This document shows, one piece after another, positions 18,096-30,708 of a DNA stretch of 42,651 nucleotides. The stretch is from positions 1-42,651 of the IMG/VR virus record IMGVR_UViG_2700989535_000001; one strand, 5' to 3'. How positions within the stretch are numbered: the first letter of the stretch is position 1; each line of letters starts with the position of its first letter. Under the pieces are notes generated by a model, which was not told where the DNA came from, searched no databases, and was given only the letters and a program-made list of their open reading frames with translations. This stretch comes from a virus. Lineage: Duplodnaviria > Heunggongvirae > Uroviricota > Caudoviricetes. A program made the position numbers and the translations under genes.

Positions 18096-18419
18096 ATGAA
18101 GATGCCAGAAAAACATGACCTGTTAGCTGCCATTCTCGCGGCAAAGGAACAAGGCATCGGGGCAATCCTTGCGTTTGCAATGGCGTACCTTCGCGGCAGA
18201 TATAATGGCGGTGCGTTTACAAAAACAGTAATCGACGCAACGATGTGCGCCATTATCGCCTGGTTCATTCGTGACCTTCTCGACTTCGCCGGACTAAGTA
18301 GCAATCTCGCTTATATAACGAGCGTGTTCATCGGCTACATCGGTACTGACTCGATTGGTTCGCTTATCAAACGCTTCGCTGCTAAAAAAGCCGGAGTAGA
18401 AGATGGTGGAAATCAATAA
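18096..18419 (+). CDS. S: Holin S (dual-start S107/S105)
   Basis: [22 protein letters not shown]...; recalled near-identity to lambda S, including the Met-Lys-Met dual-start motif. Confidence 0.9.
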   Translation: MKMPEKHDLLAAILAAKEQGIGAILAFAMAYLRGRYNGGAFTKTVIDATMCAIIAWFIRDLLDFAGLSSNLAYITSVFIGYIGTDSIGSLIKRFAAKKAGVEDGGNQ

Positions 18420-18879
18420 TCAACGTAAGGCGTTCCTCGATATGCTGGCGTGGTCAGAGGGAACTGATAACGGACGTCAGAAAACCAGAAATCATGGTTA
18501 TGACGTCATTGTTGGCGGAGAGCTATTCACTGATTACTCCGATCACCCTCGCAAACTTGTCACGCTAAACCCAAAACTCAAATCAACAGCCGCCGGACGT
18601 TACCAGCTTCTTTCCCGTTGGTGGGATGCCTATCGTAAGCAGCTTGGCCTGAAAGACTTCTCTCCGAAAAGCCAGGACGCTGTGGCATTGCAGCAGATTA
18701 AGGAGCGTGGCGCTTTGCCGATGATTGATCGTGGTGATATTCGTCAGGCAATTGACCGTTGCAGCAATATCTGGGCTTCACTGCCGGGCGCTGGTTATGG
18801 TCAGTTCGAGCATAAGGCTGACAGCCTGATTGCAAAATTCAAAGAGGCTGGCGGAACGGTCAGAGAGATTGAGGTATGA
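18403..18879 (+). CDS. R: Endolysin R (lytic transglycosylase)
   Basis: 158-aa ORF recalled as near-identical to lambda R; overlaps the S stop. Confidence 0.9.
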   Translation: MVEINNQRKAFLDMLAWSEGTDNGRQKTRNHGYDVIVGGELFTDYSDHPRKLVTLNPKLKSTAAGRYQLLSRWWDAYRKQLGLKDFSPKSQDAVALQQIKERGALPMIDRGDIRQAIDRCSNIWASLPGAGYGQFEHKADSLIAKFKEAGGTVREIEV

Positions 18880-19343
18880 GCAGAGTAACCGCGATTATCT
18901 CCGCTCTGATTATCTGCATCGTCGTCTGTCTGTCGTGGGCGGTTAATCATTACCGTGATAACGCCATCGCCTACAAAGAGCAGCGCGATAAAAAAGTCAG
19001 TGAGCTGAAGCAGGCGACCGCCACCATTACTGACATGCAGCAACGCCAGCGTGCTGCTGATGCACTCGATGCTAAATACACGAAGGAGTTAGCTGATGCG
19101 AAAGCTGAAAATGATGCTCTTCGGCGCAAGCTTGATAATGGTGGCAGGGTGCTCGTCAAAGGAAAATGCCCTGTGCCATCCTCAGCCGAAACCTCCGGCG
19201 CCTCCGGCATGGGCAATGATGCCACCGTCGAACTCTCTCCAGTTGCTGGACGAAACGTTCTCGGTATCCGGGACGGAATTATCCGCGACCAAACATCACT
19301 GAGAACGCTTCAGGAATACATCAGGACGCAATGCCTTCGATGA
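18876..19343 (+). CDS. Rz: Spanin, inner-membrane subunit Rz
   Basis: N-terminal TM helix ([18 protein letters not shown]), coiled-coil body; lambda Rz-like. Confidence 0.85.
   Translation: MSRVTAIISALIICIVVCLSWAVNHYRDNAIAYKEQRDKKVSELKQATATITDMQQRQRAADALDAKYTKELADAKAENDALRRKLDNGGRVLVKGKCPVPSSAETSGASGMGNDATVELSPVAGRNVLGIRDGIIRDQTSLRTLQEYIRTQCLR
19096..19302 (+). CDS. Rz1: Spanin, outer-membrane lipoprotein subunit Rz1 (embedded in Rz, +1 frame)
   Basis: Embedded ORF with lipobox (LIMVAGCSS) and Pro-rich tract, as for lambda Rz1. Confidence 0.7.
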   Translation: MRKLKMMLFGASLIMVAGCSSKENALCHPQPKPPAPPAWAMMPPSNSLQLLDETFSVSGTELSATKHH

Positions 19344-19517
19344 TAGCGATAATTTTACTCATCATCCTTCACATCTGGCTCTGTAGACAGGGTGGTGCTC
19401 ACTTCTGGAGTGAATCCAGATTAAACATCTCATTGCTGATGCTTGATATTGAGCATTTTGCGCGCGGTAAGGGGCTGCGTTGAGATAAGAGCCAGTCATT
19501 ACAAATACCAGGATTTA

Positions 19518-19541
19518 GCCTCGCATTCGCGGGGCTTTTTA
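19518..19541 (+). terminator. Intrinsic terminator downstream of the lysis cassette
   Basis: GCCTCGC-attc-GCGGGGC hairpin followed by TTTTTA. Confidence 0.55.
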
Positions 19542-19561
19542 TTGCAACAAAGGTAAAGACG

Positions 19562-19849
19562 ATGGATGAAGAATATCGTAAAGACCTGCAACTGTGGTTT
19601 GGTCTTACGCATGCGGCGTTCTGCGTGATGCCGCGAGTATTCATGGAGGCTATGCCGCCAGAATGGCAAGAGAAGATGGCTCAGTTGCTTTTTGAGTATA
19701 GCGACACAATCAAAACGGATGTCTGCGGAGTTCACAGCTGTTTTGTTACTGCCAAAGACGGAAACAACCGCTTTATGAGGATGCCAGAAGATATTCTGAA
19801 CTATCGTCATCCCCGACGTGAATTCATCGAATCAGTTCTGAAGAAGTAG
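19562..19849 (+). CDS. Hypothetical protein (95 aa), post-lysis accessory gene
   Basis: ORF with own RBS after the terminator; followed by a conserved hairpin element. Confidence 0.5.
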   Translation: MDEEYRKDLQLWFGLTHAAFCVMPRVFMEAMPPEWQEKMAQLLFEYSDTIKTDVCGVHSCFVTAKDGNNRFMRMPEDILNYRHPRREFIESVLKK

Positions 19850-20076
19850 CCATTACAAAGCCCATCTACGGGTGGGCTTGATAATGAAACCGGAGTTAAT
19901 TTCTGGTCACTAATTAACGACAGTACCGTGAAACAACCCAAGCCAGAAAGTGGGGAAATAACACTGGCAGCCACTGAAAGATGAACCTCCTGCCTTATGG
20001 CAAAAAAAGATTCTTTGTGGTGGCGGACTGATGGAAAGACATCCTAATCAAGCAACCACTCCACAGGGTCATAATT

Positions 20077-20457
20077 ATGAACGACCAGCAAATCGAAAAA
20101 GAAATCGTTGAGAAAGGCAAAACCGCTCCGAGAATCACTCCGCAGCACATCGAAGACGTGATTAAAAGCGAGCATTACTTTACTGCTTATGATGGACGTA
20201 ATGGTGCCATTTCCAGCAACGAATATTGTGGCAGGGAAAAACCAGAAGAAGGCGATCGTGATTTATCACCATTGAAGTTGCTCACTTTCTGCGTACTGGT
20301 GCTGAAGAATGGCTTCACCGTCACCGGAGAGAGTGCCTGTGCAAGCCCGGAAAACTTTGATGCAGAAATTGGTCGGAAGATTGCCCGGCAAAATGCTGTA
20401 AACAAAATCTGGATGCTCGAAGGTTACTTGCTGAAGCAGAAGCTAAGCGAACAGTAG
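20077..20457 (+). CDS. Hypothetical protein (126 aa), post-lysis accessory gene
   Basis: ORF followed by a second copy of the hairpin element; family not confidently recalled. Confidence 0.5.
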   Translation: MNDQQIEKEIVEKGKTAPRITPQHIEDVIKSEHYFTAYDGRNGAISSNEYCGREKPEEGDRDLSPLKLLTFCVLVLKNGFTVTGESACASPENFDAEIGRKIARQNAVNKIWMLEGYLLKQKLSEQ

Positions 20458-20560
20458 TTATTACAAAAGCCATTCCCTACAGAGTGGCTTTGATAATGGC
20501 TTATACCCTACACGGGATAACTTAACTGATATCCCTTTTAACGGATAAACGGAGCCAACA

Positions 20561-20803
20561 ATGGCAGAGATTATTCCCATGACTGAAGAACAGAAATTCC
20601 AGTTAGAGATTTACAAACTGGTCATGAACCAGAACGCAGCCGCAGAAGAAGCATTTCAATTCATTGGCACTGACGAACTGAAGCTTGAGCTATTCAAAAT
20701 TCACTTCCAGTCAGGCGGCGCTAATTCGGATATCACGATCCGCACACTTGAAGCGGTGCGTAAATCGAAGGAAGCGTTAGACCTGTTCACTACCGGAGCA
20801 TGA
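20561..20803 (+). CDS. Hypothetical protein (80 aa) upstream of small terminase
   Basis: ORF in the position of P22 orf80 (position-based only). Confidence 0.45.
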   Translation: MAEIIPMTEEQKFQLEIYKLVMNQNAAAEEAFQFIGTDELKLELFKIHFQSGGANSDITIRTLEAVRKSKEALDLFTTGA

Positions 20804-20838
20804 TGCTCAACCTGAAATAACAATTAAGTGAGATGAAT

Positions 20839-21327
20839 ATGGCAGCACCAAAGGGCAACCGATTTTGGGAGGCCCGCAGTAGTCATGGGCGAAATCCTAA
20901 ATTCGAATCGCCTGAGGCGCTGTGGGCTGCTTGTTGTGAATACTTCGAGTGGGTAGAAGCTAACCCGCTATGGGAGATGAAGGCGTTCTCGTATCAGGGT
21001 GAAGTGATACAAGAGCCTATCGCCAAGATGCGAGCGATGACTATTACAGGCCTCACTCTGTTCATTGATGTGACGCTTGAAACATGGCGCACATATCGCC
21101 TGAGAGAAGATTTATCTGAAGTCGTTACGCGAGCAGAGCAGGTCATCTACGACCAGAAATTCTCTGGCGCAGCCGCTGACCTTCTCAACGCTAACATCAT
21201 CGCCCGTGATTTGGGCCTCAAAGAGCAGTCGCAAGTTGAAGACGTGACACCTGATAAGGGAGATCGCGACAAGCGGCGCTCTCGTATCAAGGAGCTATTC
21301 AACCGTGGAACTGGACGCGATTCTTGA
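20839..21327 (+). CDS. Terminase small subunit (P22 gp3-like)
   Basis: Recalled near-identity to P22 gp3 from [22 protein letters not shown]; 162 aa from the second ATG. Confidence 0.85.
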   Translation: MAAPKGNRFWEARSSHGRNPKFESPEALWAACCEYFEWVEANPLWEMKAFSYQGEVIQEPIAKMRAMTITGLTLFIDVTLETWRTYRLREDLSEVVTRAEQVIYDQKFSGAAADLLNANIIARDLGLKEQSQVEDVTPDKGDRDKRRSRIKELFNRGTGRDS

Positions 21328-22804
21328 TAACCTGAGCGACGAAGAGCAAATCGAATTGCTCGAGCTACTCGAAGAAGAAGAGAACTACCGGAACACACAC
21401 CTGCTATATGAATTTACGCCATACAGCAAACAGCGTGAGTTCATCGACGCCGGGCATGACTATCCAGAGCGCTGTTTTATGGCTGGTAACCAGCTTGGTA
21501 AGTCATTTACTGGTGCTGCTGAAGTCGCATTTCACCTTACCGGGCGTTATCCGGGCACAAAAGGATATCCTGCTGATGGTAAATATGGTGGGGAGTGGAA
21601 AGGTAAGCGTTTCTATGAGCCTGTTGTCTTCTGGATTGGTGGCGAGACAAACGAGACTGTAACCAAAACGACTCAACGCATCCTGTGCGGTCGTATCGAA
21701 GAGAATGATGAGCCTGGCTACGGTTCAATACCGAAAGAGGACATCATTAGCTGGAAGAAGTCTCCTTTCTTTCCGAACCTTGTTGATCATCTTCTGGTTA
21801 AGCATCACACGGCTGATGGCGTTGAAGATGGCATTTCAATCTGCTACTTCAAACCATACTCGCAAGGCCGTGCTCGCTGGCAGGGTGACACAATCCACGG
21901 CGTGTGGTTTGACGAAGAACCACCATACAGCATTTATGGCGAAGGTCTTACCCGTACCAACAAATACGGTCAATTCTCAATTCTGACGTTTACCCCGCTG
22001 ATGGGGATGTCTGACGTTGTTACCAAGTTCCTGAAGAATCCCAGCAAGTCTCAGAAAGTGGTCAACATGACCATCTATGACGCTAAGCACTACACCGACG
22101 AGCAGAAAGAGCAAATCATCGCATCCTATCCTGAGCATGAGAGAGAAGCGCGTGCTCGCGGTATTCCTACGATGGGTAGTGGTCGAATCTTCCAGATACC
22201 GGAAGAGACGATTAAGTGTCAGCCGTTCGAGTGTCCGGATCACTTCTACGTAATTGGCGGGATGGATTTCGGATGGGATCACCCACAGGCGCAGGTTCAG
22301 CTTTGGTGGGATAAGGACGCAGACACAATCTACGTTTCACGCGTGTGGAAGGCGAAAGAAAAAACAGCTGTTCAGGCATGGGGAGCTGTTAAATCATGGG
22401 CGCATAAAGTGCCAACCGCATGGCCTCATGACGGAAACCAGCATGAGAAGGGCGGAGGTGAGCAGCTCAAAGGGCAGTATGCAGACGCTGGTTTTATGAT
22501 GTTGCAGGAGCATGCGACATGGCCTGATGGCGGTAATGCTGTGGAGCCTGGCATCACTGAATTGCGCGACATGATGCTCGATGGTCGCTTCAAAGTATTC
22601 AACACCTGTGAGCCATTCTTTGAGGAGTTCCGCCTCTATCACCGTGATGAAAACGGGAAGATCGTCAAGCTTAACGACGACGTTCTCTCAGCCGTTCGCT
22701 ATGCATACATGATGCGCCGCTTCGCCAAAATGATGCGCGACATCAAAAAACCAAAAGAGAAAAAGATACCAGCCCCAATCAGGCCCATCGCACGGAGAAC
22801 TTAA
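21305..22804 (+). CDS. Terminase large subunit (P22 gp2-like)
   Basis: 499-aa ORF with GTG start overlapping the small-subunit gene; length and sequence as recalled for P22 gp2. Confidence 0.85.
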   Translation: MELDAILDNLSDEEQIELLELLEEEENYRNTHLLYEFTPYSKQREFIDAGHDYPERCFMAGNQLGKSFTGAAEVAFHLTGRYPGTKGYPADGKYGGEWKGKRFYEPVVFWIGGETNETVTKTTQRILCGRIEENDEPGYGSIPKEDIISWKKSPFFPNLVDHLLVKHHTADGVEDGISICYFKPYSQGRARWQGDTIHGVWFDEEPPYSIYGEGLTRTNKYGQFSILTFTPLMGMSDVVTKFLKNPSKSQKVVNMTIYDAKHYTDEQKEQIIASYPEHEREARARGIPTMGSGRIFQIPEETIKCQPFECPDHFYVIGGMDFGWDHPQAQVQLWWDKDADTIYVSRVWKAKEKTAVQAWGAVKSWAHKVPTAWPHDGNQHEKGGGEQLKGQYADAGFMMLQEHATWPDGGNAVEPGITELRDMMLDGRFKVFNTCEPFFEEFRLYHRDENGKIVKLNDDVLSAVRYAYMMRRFAKMMRDIKKPKEKKIPAPIRPIARRT

Positions 22805-24970
22805 ATGGCCGACGAAAACAGACTCAATTCCATTCTGTGTAAGTTTGACGCGGACTGGATGGCGAGCGATGAAGCCAGAACCGAGGCGACAAATGACCTG
22901 TATTTTAGCCGAGTGTCGCAATGGGATGACTGGCTATCAAACTACACTACCCTGCAATATCGCGGACAATTCGATGTTGTTCGCCCGGTGGTCAGGAAAC
23001 TGGTCGCAGAGATGCGCAGGAACCCTATCGACGTTCTCTTCCGACCCAAAGAAGGCGCTAATCCTGATGCTGCCGATGTGCTGATGGGGATGTATCGTAC
23101 TGATATGCGCCATAACACGGCAAAAATTGCCGTTAACGTTGGCGTTCGTGAGCAGATAGAGTCTGGCGTTGGTGCATGGCGTCTGGTCACGCAGTACGAA
23201 GACAACGACCCAACAAGCAACAATCAGGTAATCCGACGCCTGCCAATCCATGAAGCCTGCTCACACGTCATATGGGACGCCAACAGCAAGCAGATGGATA
23301 AGAGCGACGCTAAGCACTGCACGGTGATTAACGCCTTGTCGCGCAATGGCTGGAAAGAGTTCGCAGAGGATTACGGTATTGATCCTGACACCTTGCCATC
23401 CTTCCAGAATCCGAACGATACATGGCTGTTTCCGTGGGTATCGAATGATGTCGTCTACGTCGCTGAGTATTACGAGGTCGAAGAGAAGAAAGAGAAAGTC
23501 TTCATCTACCGCGACCCGCTGACAGGTGAGCCGGTCAGCTATTACCAGCAGGATATCAAAGACGTCATCGACGACCTGGCTAATCGTGGATTCATTAAGG
23601 TAGCAGAGCGCAAGGTGAAGCGTCGGCGTGTGTATAAGTCGATCATCACCTGCACGCAGATACTGAAAGACCGCGAGAAGATAGCCGGAGAGCATATTCC
23701 AATCGTTCCAGTGTATGGCGAATGGTCATTCGCTGGTGACAAGGAGTGCTACGAAGGAGTGGTAAGGCTGACGAAAGACGGTCAACGCCTTCGTAACATG
23801 ATCATGTCGTTCAACGCCGATATTGTTGCTCGTTCACCGAAGAAGAAACCTACCTTCTTCCCTGAGCAAATCGAAGGCTACGAATACATGTACGGTGGAA
23901 ATGATGACTATCCGTACTATCTGCAGAACAGGACCGATGAAAACGGTAACGACCTGCCGATTGGTCCAATCTCCTACATGGAAAACCCTGAAGTGCCGCA
24001 AGCCAACGCTTACATGCTTGAGGCTGCCACCAACGCAGTGAAAGAGGTGGCTAGTCTTGGTGTGGATGCGCAGGCAGCAAACTCTCAGGTCGCTTTCGAT
24101 ACCGTCAATCAACTGAACATGCGGGCAGATCTTGAGACATACGTGTTTCAGGATAACCTGGCTACTGCAATGCGACGTGATGGCGAGATTTATGCCTCAA
24201 TGGTCAACGATATTTATGACGTTCCTCGTCATGTAACGCTGACACTTGAAGATGGAAGCGAGAAAGACGTTCAACTCTATGCGCAAGTTGTCGATTATCA
24301 GTCCGGCAATGTGGTCACACTCAACGACATTCGTGGTCGCTATGAGTGCTATACGGACGTTGGGCCATCCTTCCAGAGCATGAAGGAACAGAACCGCGCA
24401 GAGATTCAGGAGTTACTAACCAAGGTTCCGCAAGGTACTCCAGAGTTCCAGATGCTGATGCTGCAATACTTCACGCTGCTTGACGGTAAAGGCGTCGAGA
24501 TGATGCGAGAGTACGCGAACAAGCAACTGGTGATGATGGGGCTGAAGAAACCAGAAACACCTGAAGAGATGGAGATGGTGCAGCAGGCACAACAACAGCC
24601 GCAGCAGCCATCAGCAGAGCAAATTCAGGCGCAGGGCATCCTTCTGCAAGGTCAGGCTGAATTGCTCAAGGCAGAGAACCAACAGGCGCAGATTCAGGTT
24701 GAAGCTGCCAAGGTTGAAGCCCAGAACCAACTCAACGCCGCGAAGATTGCAGAAATCTTCAACAATATGGACCTCGACAAGCAGGCAGAACTGCGTGAGT
24801 ACCTCAAGCTCGTAGGTCAATTCCAGCAACAGCGCAGCAAAGATGCTCGTGCTAACGCTGAGCTGCTTCTTAAAGATGCAGACCAGACTCATTCACAACG
24901 CATGGATTTCGCGAATCTTATGCGTCAAGTTCAAATCCCCTCCGGCGGAGTAGCCGAGACACCTCAATAA
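22805..24970 (+). CDS. Portal protein (P22 gp1-like)
   Basis: 721-aa ORF; recalled strong similarity to P22 portal ([32 protein letters not shown]). Confidence 0.9.
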   Translation: MADENRLNSILCKFDADWMASDEARTEATNDLYFSRVSQWDDWLSNYTTLQYRGQFDVVRPVVRKLVAEMRRNPIDVLFRPKEGANPDAADVLMGMYRTDMRHNTAKIAVNVGVREQIESGVGAWRLVTQYEDNDPTSNNQVIRRLPIHEACSHVIWDANSKQMDKSDAKHCTVINALSRNGWKEFAEDYGIDPDTLPSFQNPNDTWLFPWVSNDVVYVAEYYEVEEKKEKVFIYRDPLTGEPVSYYQQDIKDVIDDLANRGFIKVAERKVKRRRVYKSIITCTQILKDREKIAGEHIPIVPVYGEWSFAGDKECYEGVVRLTKDGQRLRNMIMSFNADIVARSPKKKPTFFPEQIEGYEYMYGGNDDYPYYLQNRTDENGNDLPIGPISYMENPEVPQANAYMLEAATNAVKEVASLGVDAQAANSQVAFDTVNQLNMRADLETYVFQDNLATAMRRDGEIYASMVNDIYDVPRHVTLTLEDGSEKDVQLYAQVVDYQSGNVVTLNDIRGRYECYTDVGPSFQSMKEQNRAEIQELLTKVPQGTPEFQMLMLQYFTLLDGKGVEMMREYANKQLVMMGLKKPETPEEMEMVQQAQQQPQQPSAEQIQAQGILLQGQAELLKAENQQAQIQVEAAKVEAQNQLNAAKIAEIFNNMDLDKQAELREYLKLVGQFQQQRSKDARANAELLLKDADQTHSQRMDFANLMRQVQIPSGGVAETPQ

Positions 24971-24983
24971 GAGAGAGTTAATC

Positions 24984-25895
24984 ATGGACCAAACCACCGA
25001 CATTCAGGCTTCTGAAGAATTAACCCTGCCTGGCAATCATGCAGCGGCATCTGCTGATGGCTTAGTTGTCGATAATGCCAACGACAACGCAGGTCAGGAA
25101 GAAGGCTTCGAGATTGTCCTGAAAGACGATGAGAAACCAAAACAAGACCCGGCAACTAATGCTGAATTTGCCCGTCGCCGCATCGAACGCAAACGCCAGC
25201 GTGAGCTTGAGCAGCAGATGGAAGCGGTTAAGCGTGGAGAGTTGCCGGAGCACCTGCGGGTGAATCCTGAGTTACCAAAACAACCAGACCCTAACGATTA
25301 TCTTTCCGAAGATGCACTGGCTAAGTACGACTATGACCAGAGCCGTGCACTGGCTGCCTTCCAGCAGGCAAACAGTGAATGGCAGATCAAGGCTATGGAC
25401 GCACGAAGCCAGGCTGTCGCCGAGCAGGGTCGCAAAACTCAGGAGTTCACCCAGCAATCAGCGCAATACGTCGAGGCAGCCCGTAAGCACTACGACGCAG
25501 CGGAAAAGCTCAATATCCCTGACTATCAGGAGAAAGAGGATGCATTCATGCAACTGGTGCCGCCAGCAGTCGGTGCCGACATCATGCGCCTCTTCCCGGA
25601 GAAATCCGCCGCTCTCATGTATCACCTTGGTGCTAATCCTGAGAAAACACGCCAGTTGCTGGCGATGGACGGTCAATCCGCGCTGATTGAACTCACTCGA
25701 CTGTCAGAACGTTTAACTCTCAAGCCTCGAGCCAAGCCTGTTTCAGAAGCCCCGTTACCTGATGAACCCATTCAGGGACACGCTGTTGCTGCAAATATAT
25801 CTGCGATTGAAAAGCAGATGGAAGCGGCAGCAAACAAAGGGGATGTAGAGACATACCGCAAGCTCAAGGCGCAACTGAATAAAGGAATTCGATAA
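24984..25895 (+). CDS. Scaffolding protein (P22 gp8-like)
   Basis: 303-aa acidic, helical ORF between portal and coat. Confidence 0.8.
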   Translation: MDQTTDIQASEELTLPGNHAAASADGLVVDNANDNAGQEEGFEIVLKDDEKPKQDPATNAEFARRRIERKRQRELEQQMEAVKRGELPEHLRVNPELPKQPDPNDYLSEDALAKYDYDQSRALAAFQQANSEWQIKAMDARSQAVAEQGRKTQEFTQQSAQYVEAARKHYDAAEKLNIPDYQEKEDAFMQLVPPAVGADIMRLFPEKSAALMYHLGANPEKTRQLLAMDGQSALIELTRLSERLTLKPRAKPVSEAPLPDEPIQGHAVAANISAIEKQMEAAANKGDVETYRKLKAQLNKGIR

Positions 25896-27190
25896 TGGCA
25901 TTAAATGAAGGTCAACTGGTCACGTATGCTCTGGATGAAATCATCGAAACCGTCCAGAACCTGACGCCAATGGCGTCCAAAGTGACAAAATACACCCCTC
26001 CGGCAGAATCCATGCAGCGCTCAAGCAACACCGTGTGGATGCCTGTTGAGCAGGAAGCGCCAACCCAGACTGGCTGGGATTTAACTGGCAACGCAACCGG
26101 GATTCTGGAACTCTCCGTGAAATGCAACATGGGCGATCCGGATAACGATTTCTTCGAGCTTCGTGCAGATGACCTGCGTGATGAGCGTTCTTACCGTCGC
26201 CGCATCCAGGCATCTGCCAAAAAACTGGCGAATAACATTGAGTCAGCGATTGCCAAACAGGCAACTGAAATGGGCTCACTTGTTGTTCACGATACCCGCG
26301 CAATTGGTCCATCTACTGGCCTGTCTGGCTGGGATTTTGTGTCTGATGCAGAGCGCCTGATGTTCTCCCGCGAACTCAACCGCGACATGGGCATCAGTTA
26401 CTTCCTGAACCCTGACGATTACCGCAAAGCAGGCCGCAACTTGGTAGATGGTGACATCTTCGGTCGCGTTCCTGAAGAAGCGTATCGCAACGGTACTATT
26501 CAGCGTCAGATTGCTGGCTTTGATGAAATTCTTCGCTCACCGAAACTTCCGGCAGTTACCAAGTCAACCGCTACTGGTGTAACTGTTTCTGGTGCGCAGA
26601 AGTTTAAGCCGCAGGCGTACACCCTTGATACCGATGGTAACAAAGAGAACGTCGACAACCGTGTTGCAACGGTGACCGTATCCTCCACCACCGGATTTAA
26701 GCGCGGCGACAAAATCAGTTTCACTGGTGTGAAATTCCTGTCTCAGATGGCGAAGAACGTGCTGACTGATGATGCAACTTTCTCAATCACCCGTGTGATC
26801 GATAGTACTCACATCGAAATCACGCCGAAGCCGATTGCACTTGATGACGCGTCACTGACAAAAGAAGAGAAGGCTTACGCTAACGTAAACACCTCTCTTG
26901 CTGATACCACTCCGGTAAACGTTCTGAACGTGGCAACAACCACCGCTAACGTGTTCTGGGCTGATGACTCAATCCGCCTGCTGTCTCAGCCGATCCCGGT
27001 AACCCATGAACTGTTTGCTGGTATGAAAACGTCTTCCTTCAGCATTCCTGGCATTGGTGTTAACGGCATCTTCGCAACGCATGGCGATATCAACACTCTG
27101 TCTGGTAAGTGCCGTATTGCTGTGTGGTATTCAGCATGTGCTGTACGACCAGAGGCAATTGGTGTTGGTCTGCCTAACCAGACTGCGTGA
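25895..27190 (+). CDS. Major coat protein (P22 gp5-like)
   Basis: 431-aa ORF; recalled similarity to P22 coat along its length (MALNEGQ.VT...[14 protein letters not shown]). Confidence 0.9.
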   Translation: MALNEGQLVTYALDEIIETVQNLTPMASKVTKYTPPAESMQRSSNTVWMPVEQEAPTQTGWDLTGNATGILELSVKCNMGDPDNDFFELRADDLRDERSYRRRIQASAKKLANNIESAIAKQATEMGSLVVHDTRAIGPSTGLSGWDFVSDAERLMFSRELNRDMGISYFLNPDDYRKAGRNLVDGDIFGRVPEEAYRNGTIQRQIAGFDEILRSPKLPAVTKSTATGVTVSGAQKFKPQAYTLDTDGNKENVDNRVATVTVSSTTGFKRGDKISFTGVKFLSQMAKNVLTDDATFSITRVIDSTHIEITPKPIALDDASLTKEEKAYANVNTSLADTTPVNVLNVATTTANVFWADDSIRLLSQPIPVTHELFAGMKTSSFSIPGIGVNGIFATHGDINTLSGKCRIAVWYSACAVRPEAIGVGLPNQTA

Positions 27191-27234
27191 TAACCAGAGG
27201 GAGCTTCGGCTCCCTTTTTTATCTGGAGACAAGC

Positions 27235-27484
<250 letters not shown>

Positions 27485-27507
<23 letters not shown>

Positions 27508-27985
27508 TTTAGTTCTTGCGGCATTACGTAAGCTCGGTGTGGCATCAAATGCCACGTTAACCGATGTCGAACCTCAGTCCATGGAAGACGGCGTCAACGA
27601 CCTTGAAATGATGATGGCTGAATGGCTTGGCGGTGATGCGTCACCTGGTATCAACGTTGGCTACATTTTTGCTGATGCAGATGTCGCTCCGGATCCGGGC
27701 GATGAGCACGGTTTATCAAATAACGCTATCAATGCCGTCATTTTCAACCTTGCCTGCCGAATTGCTCCAGATTATGCGCTTGAAGCGTCTGCAAAACTTA
27801 TAACCACTGCCAGATACGGGAAAGAGCGACTCGTCAAACTGTCTGCAATGGACAGAGCAAAAGCCGCAAAATGTAAGTCCGGTTATCCAAATCGTATGCC
27901 TGTTGGCAGTGGAAACCAGTTGGCGAAGTGGAACGGTTGGAATTACTTCCACCGAAAGGAACCTTGCGATAACGGGAGCGAATAA
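27485..27985 (+). CDS. Head completion / tail adaptor protein (P22 gp4-like)
   Basis: Matches recalled P22 gp4 from [27 protein letters not shown]; the track's longer ORF adds an (SQ)n extension that is probably not translated. Confidence 0.8.
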
Positions 27986-29403
27986 TGCCGATTCAGCAAC
28001 TTCCGCTTATGAAAGGTGTCGGCAAAGACTTTCGAAACGCCGACTATATCGACTATCTGCCAGTGAATATGTTGGCTACACCAAAAGAAATCCTGAACAG
28101 CAGCGGATATCTTCGCTCATTCCCGGGCATTGCCAAACGTTCTGATGTAAACGGCGTATCGCGCGGAGTCGAGTACAACATGGCGCAGAATGCTGTCTAT
28201 CGTGTGTGTGGTGGCAAGCTGTACAAAGGAGAAAATGCAGTCGGTGATGTTGCCGGAAGTGGTCGCGTATCAATGGCGCATGGTCGGACATCACAGGCGG
28301 TAGGTGTTAATGGTCAACTGGTCGAGTATCGCTATGATGGCACGGTTAAAACCGTCTCAAACTGGCCTACAGACAGCGGATTCACGCAGTATGAGTTAGG
28401 CTCAGTCCGCGACATTACACGCTTACGTGGGCGTTATGCGTGGTCAAAAGACGGCACTGATTCATGGTTTATCACTGATCTTGAAGACGAATCGCATCCT
28501 GACCGTTACAGCGCACAATATCGTGCCGAGTCTCAGCCGGACGGCATCATCGGTATCGGGACATGGCGAGACTTCATCGTCTGCTTTGGTTCATCGACTA
28601 TTGAATATTTCTCCCTGACTGGCGCAACCACCGTTGGTGCTGCTTTGTATGTCGCACAGCCATCACTGATGGTGCAAAAAGGCATTGCCGGGACTTACTG
28701 CAAAACGCCATTCGCTGATTCTTATGCGTTCATCAGCAATCCGGCAACAGGTGCTCCGTCTGTGTATATCATCGGCTCCGGTCAGGTATCACCAATCGCC
28801 AGCGCGAGCATTGAGAAAATTCTCCGCTCCTACACTGCTGATGAACTGGCTGATGGTGTGATGGAGTCTCTGCGATTTGATGCGCATGAGTTGCTGATTA
28901 TCCACCTTCCGCGCCATGTTCTGGTGTACGACGCATCTTCAAGCGCCAATGGTCCGCAATGGTGTGTGCTGAAAACAGGCCTGTATGACGATGTGTACCG
29001 CGCTATCGACTTCATTTACGAAGGCAATCAGATAACGTGCGGCGATAAGCTGGAGTCCGTGACCGGGAAATTGCAATTCGACATCAGCAGCCAGTACGAC
29101 AAGCAACAGGAACACCTGCTGTTTACTCCACTGTTCAAAGCGGATAACGCCAGAGTTTTCGACCTTGAGGTTGAATCGTCAACTGGCGTTGCGCAGTATG
29201 CTGACCGCCTTTTTCTCTCTGCAACCACTGACGGCATCAATTACGGGCGTGAGCAGATGATTGAGCAGAATGAACCGTTCGTTTACGACAAACGCGTTTT
29301 GTGGAAGCGAGTAGGGCGCATCAGGAAAAATGTCGGCTTCAAATTGCGCGTTATCACGAAGTCACCTGTCACTCTGTCTGGCTGCCAGATAAGGATTGAG
29401 TAA
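27985..29403 (+). CDS. Tail hub protein (P22 gp10-like)
   Basis: 472-aa ORF, same length and position as P22 gp10; TAATG start overlap. Confidence 0.8.
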   Translation: MPIQQLPLMKGVGKDFRNADYIDYLPVNMLATPKEILNSSGYLRSFPGIAKRSDVNGVSRGVEYNMAQNAVYRVCGGKLYKGENAVGDVAGSGRVSMAHGRTSQAVGVNGQLVEYRYDGTVKTVSNWPTDSGFTQYELGSVRDITRLRGRYAWSKDGTDSWFITDLEDESHPDRYSAQYRAESQPDGIIGIGTWRDFIVCFGSSTIEYFSLTGATTVGAALYVAQPSLMVQKGIAGTYCKTPFADSYAFISNPATGAPSVYIIGSGQVSPIASASIEKILRSYTADELADGVMESLRFDAHELLIIHLPRHVLVYDASSSANGPQWCVLKTGLYDDVYRAIDFIYEGNQITCGDKLESVTGKLQFDISSQYDKQQEHLLFTPLFKADNARVFDLEVESSTGVAQYADRLFLSATTDGINYGREQMIEQNEPFVYDKRVLWKRVGRIRKNVGFKLRVITKSPVTLSGCQIRIE

Positions 29404-30251
29404 TGGCGGATTCGAATCTCAATGTGCCGGTAATCATCCAGGCTACGCGGCTCGACACATCAGTCCTTCCACGCAATATCTTCTCGCAGTCATATCTGCT
29501 GTACGTTATCGCACAGGGTACTGATGTTGGTAACGTGGCGAACAAGGCCAACGAGGCCGGACAGGGCGCTTATGATGCACAGGTCAGAAACGATGAGCAG
29601 GATGTGATTCTCGCTGACCATGAGCAGCGAATTTCTGCTGCGGAAGCAACGCTTGTTAATCATGAGGAGCGAATCAGCCAGGCAGAATCAACTCTTCAGG
29701 AACATGAAACACGAATAGCTCAGAATGAAAGCGATATTGCGTCGCTTGATACCAGAGTTCAGTCGCTGGAATCGCAGGTTTCAGACCATGAAACGCGCAT
29801 CGATGCTCTGAAGTATGCCACTACTCGCAAGAAGTCAGAGGTTGTTTACTCTGGCGTATCTGTAACCATCCCGACAGCGCCGACCAACCTTGTTAGCCTA
29901 CTGAAAACGCTCACGCCGTCATCCGGCACGTTGGCACCATTCTTCGACACCGTTAACAACAAGATGGTTGTGTTCAACGAGAACAAAACCTTGTTCTTCA
30001 AGCTGTCGATCGTCGGGACGTGGCCCAGCGGAACCGCAAACAGGTCAATGCAGCTAACATTTTCCGGTTCTGTTCCTGACACACTGGTAAGCAGTCGCAA
30101 CTCGGCGACAACAACCGACAACATCCTGTTAGCTACGTTCTTCAGCGTGGATAAAGACGGCTTTCTTGCCACAAATGGCAGTACGTTAACCATTCAGTCA
30201 AATGGGGCGGCGTTTACTGCCACAACCATCAAAATCATTGCGGAGCAGTGA
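29403..30251 (+). CDS. Tail needle (P22 gp26-like N-terminus, Sf6-type C-terminal knob)
   Basis: N-terminal 70 aa match recalled gp26 ([29 protein letters not shown]); heptad-like coiled coil; 282 aa with a non-P22 C-terminal domain. Confidence 0.75.
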   Translation: MADSNLNVPVIIQATRLDTSVLPRNIFSQSYLLYVIAQGTDVGNVANKANEAGQGAYDAQVRNDEQDVILADHEQRISAAEATLVNHEERISQAESTLQEHETRIAQNESDIASLDTRVQSLESQVSDHETRIDALKYATTRKKSEVVYSGVSVTIPTAPTNLVSLLKTLTPSSGTLAPFFDTVNNKMVVFNENKTLFFKLSIVGTWPSGTANRSMQLTFSGSVPDTLVSSRNSATTTDNILLATFFSVDKDGFLATNGSTLTIQSNGAAFTATTIKIIAEQ

Positions 30252-30706
30252 TGATTCAGTTCAAACCAACGCGAAACATCGACCTGATCGAAGCGGTAGG
30301 AAATCACCCTGACATTATCGCCGGGAGCAACAACGGTGATGGATACGACTACAAACCTGATTGCCGTTACTTTGAGGTGAACGTGCACAGGCAGTTCGGC
30401 GGCATTGTTTACTATCAGGAGATTCAGCCGCTGACATTCGATTGCCACGCCATGTACCTGCCAGAGATTCGCGGCTTCAGCAAGGAAATCGGGCTGGCGT
30501 TCTGGCGATACATTCTGACTAACACCACCGTTCAGTGCGTCACATCGTTCGCCGCACGCAAATTCCGCCACGGGCAGATTTACTGCGCAATGATTGGCCT
30601 TAAGCGTGTAGGAACCATCAAGAAATACTTTAAAGGCGTGGATGACGTGACTTTTTACAGCGCCACACGCGAAGAACTAATCGACTTCCTGAATCACGGG
30701 AGATAG
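30248..30706 (+). CDS. Head assembly / ejection-associated protein (P22 gp14 position)
   Basis: 152-aa ORF, ATGA-coupled to the needle gene; assignment by position. Confidence 0.55.
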   Translation: MMIQFKPTRNIDLIEAVGNHPDIIAGSNNGDGYDYKPDCRYFEVNVHRQFGGIVYYQEIQPLTFDCHAMYLPEIRGFSKEIGLAFWRYILTNTTVQCVTSFAARKFRHGQIYCAMIGLKRVGTIKKYFKGVDDVTFYSATREELIDFLNHGR

Positions 30707-30708
30707 CC

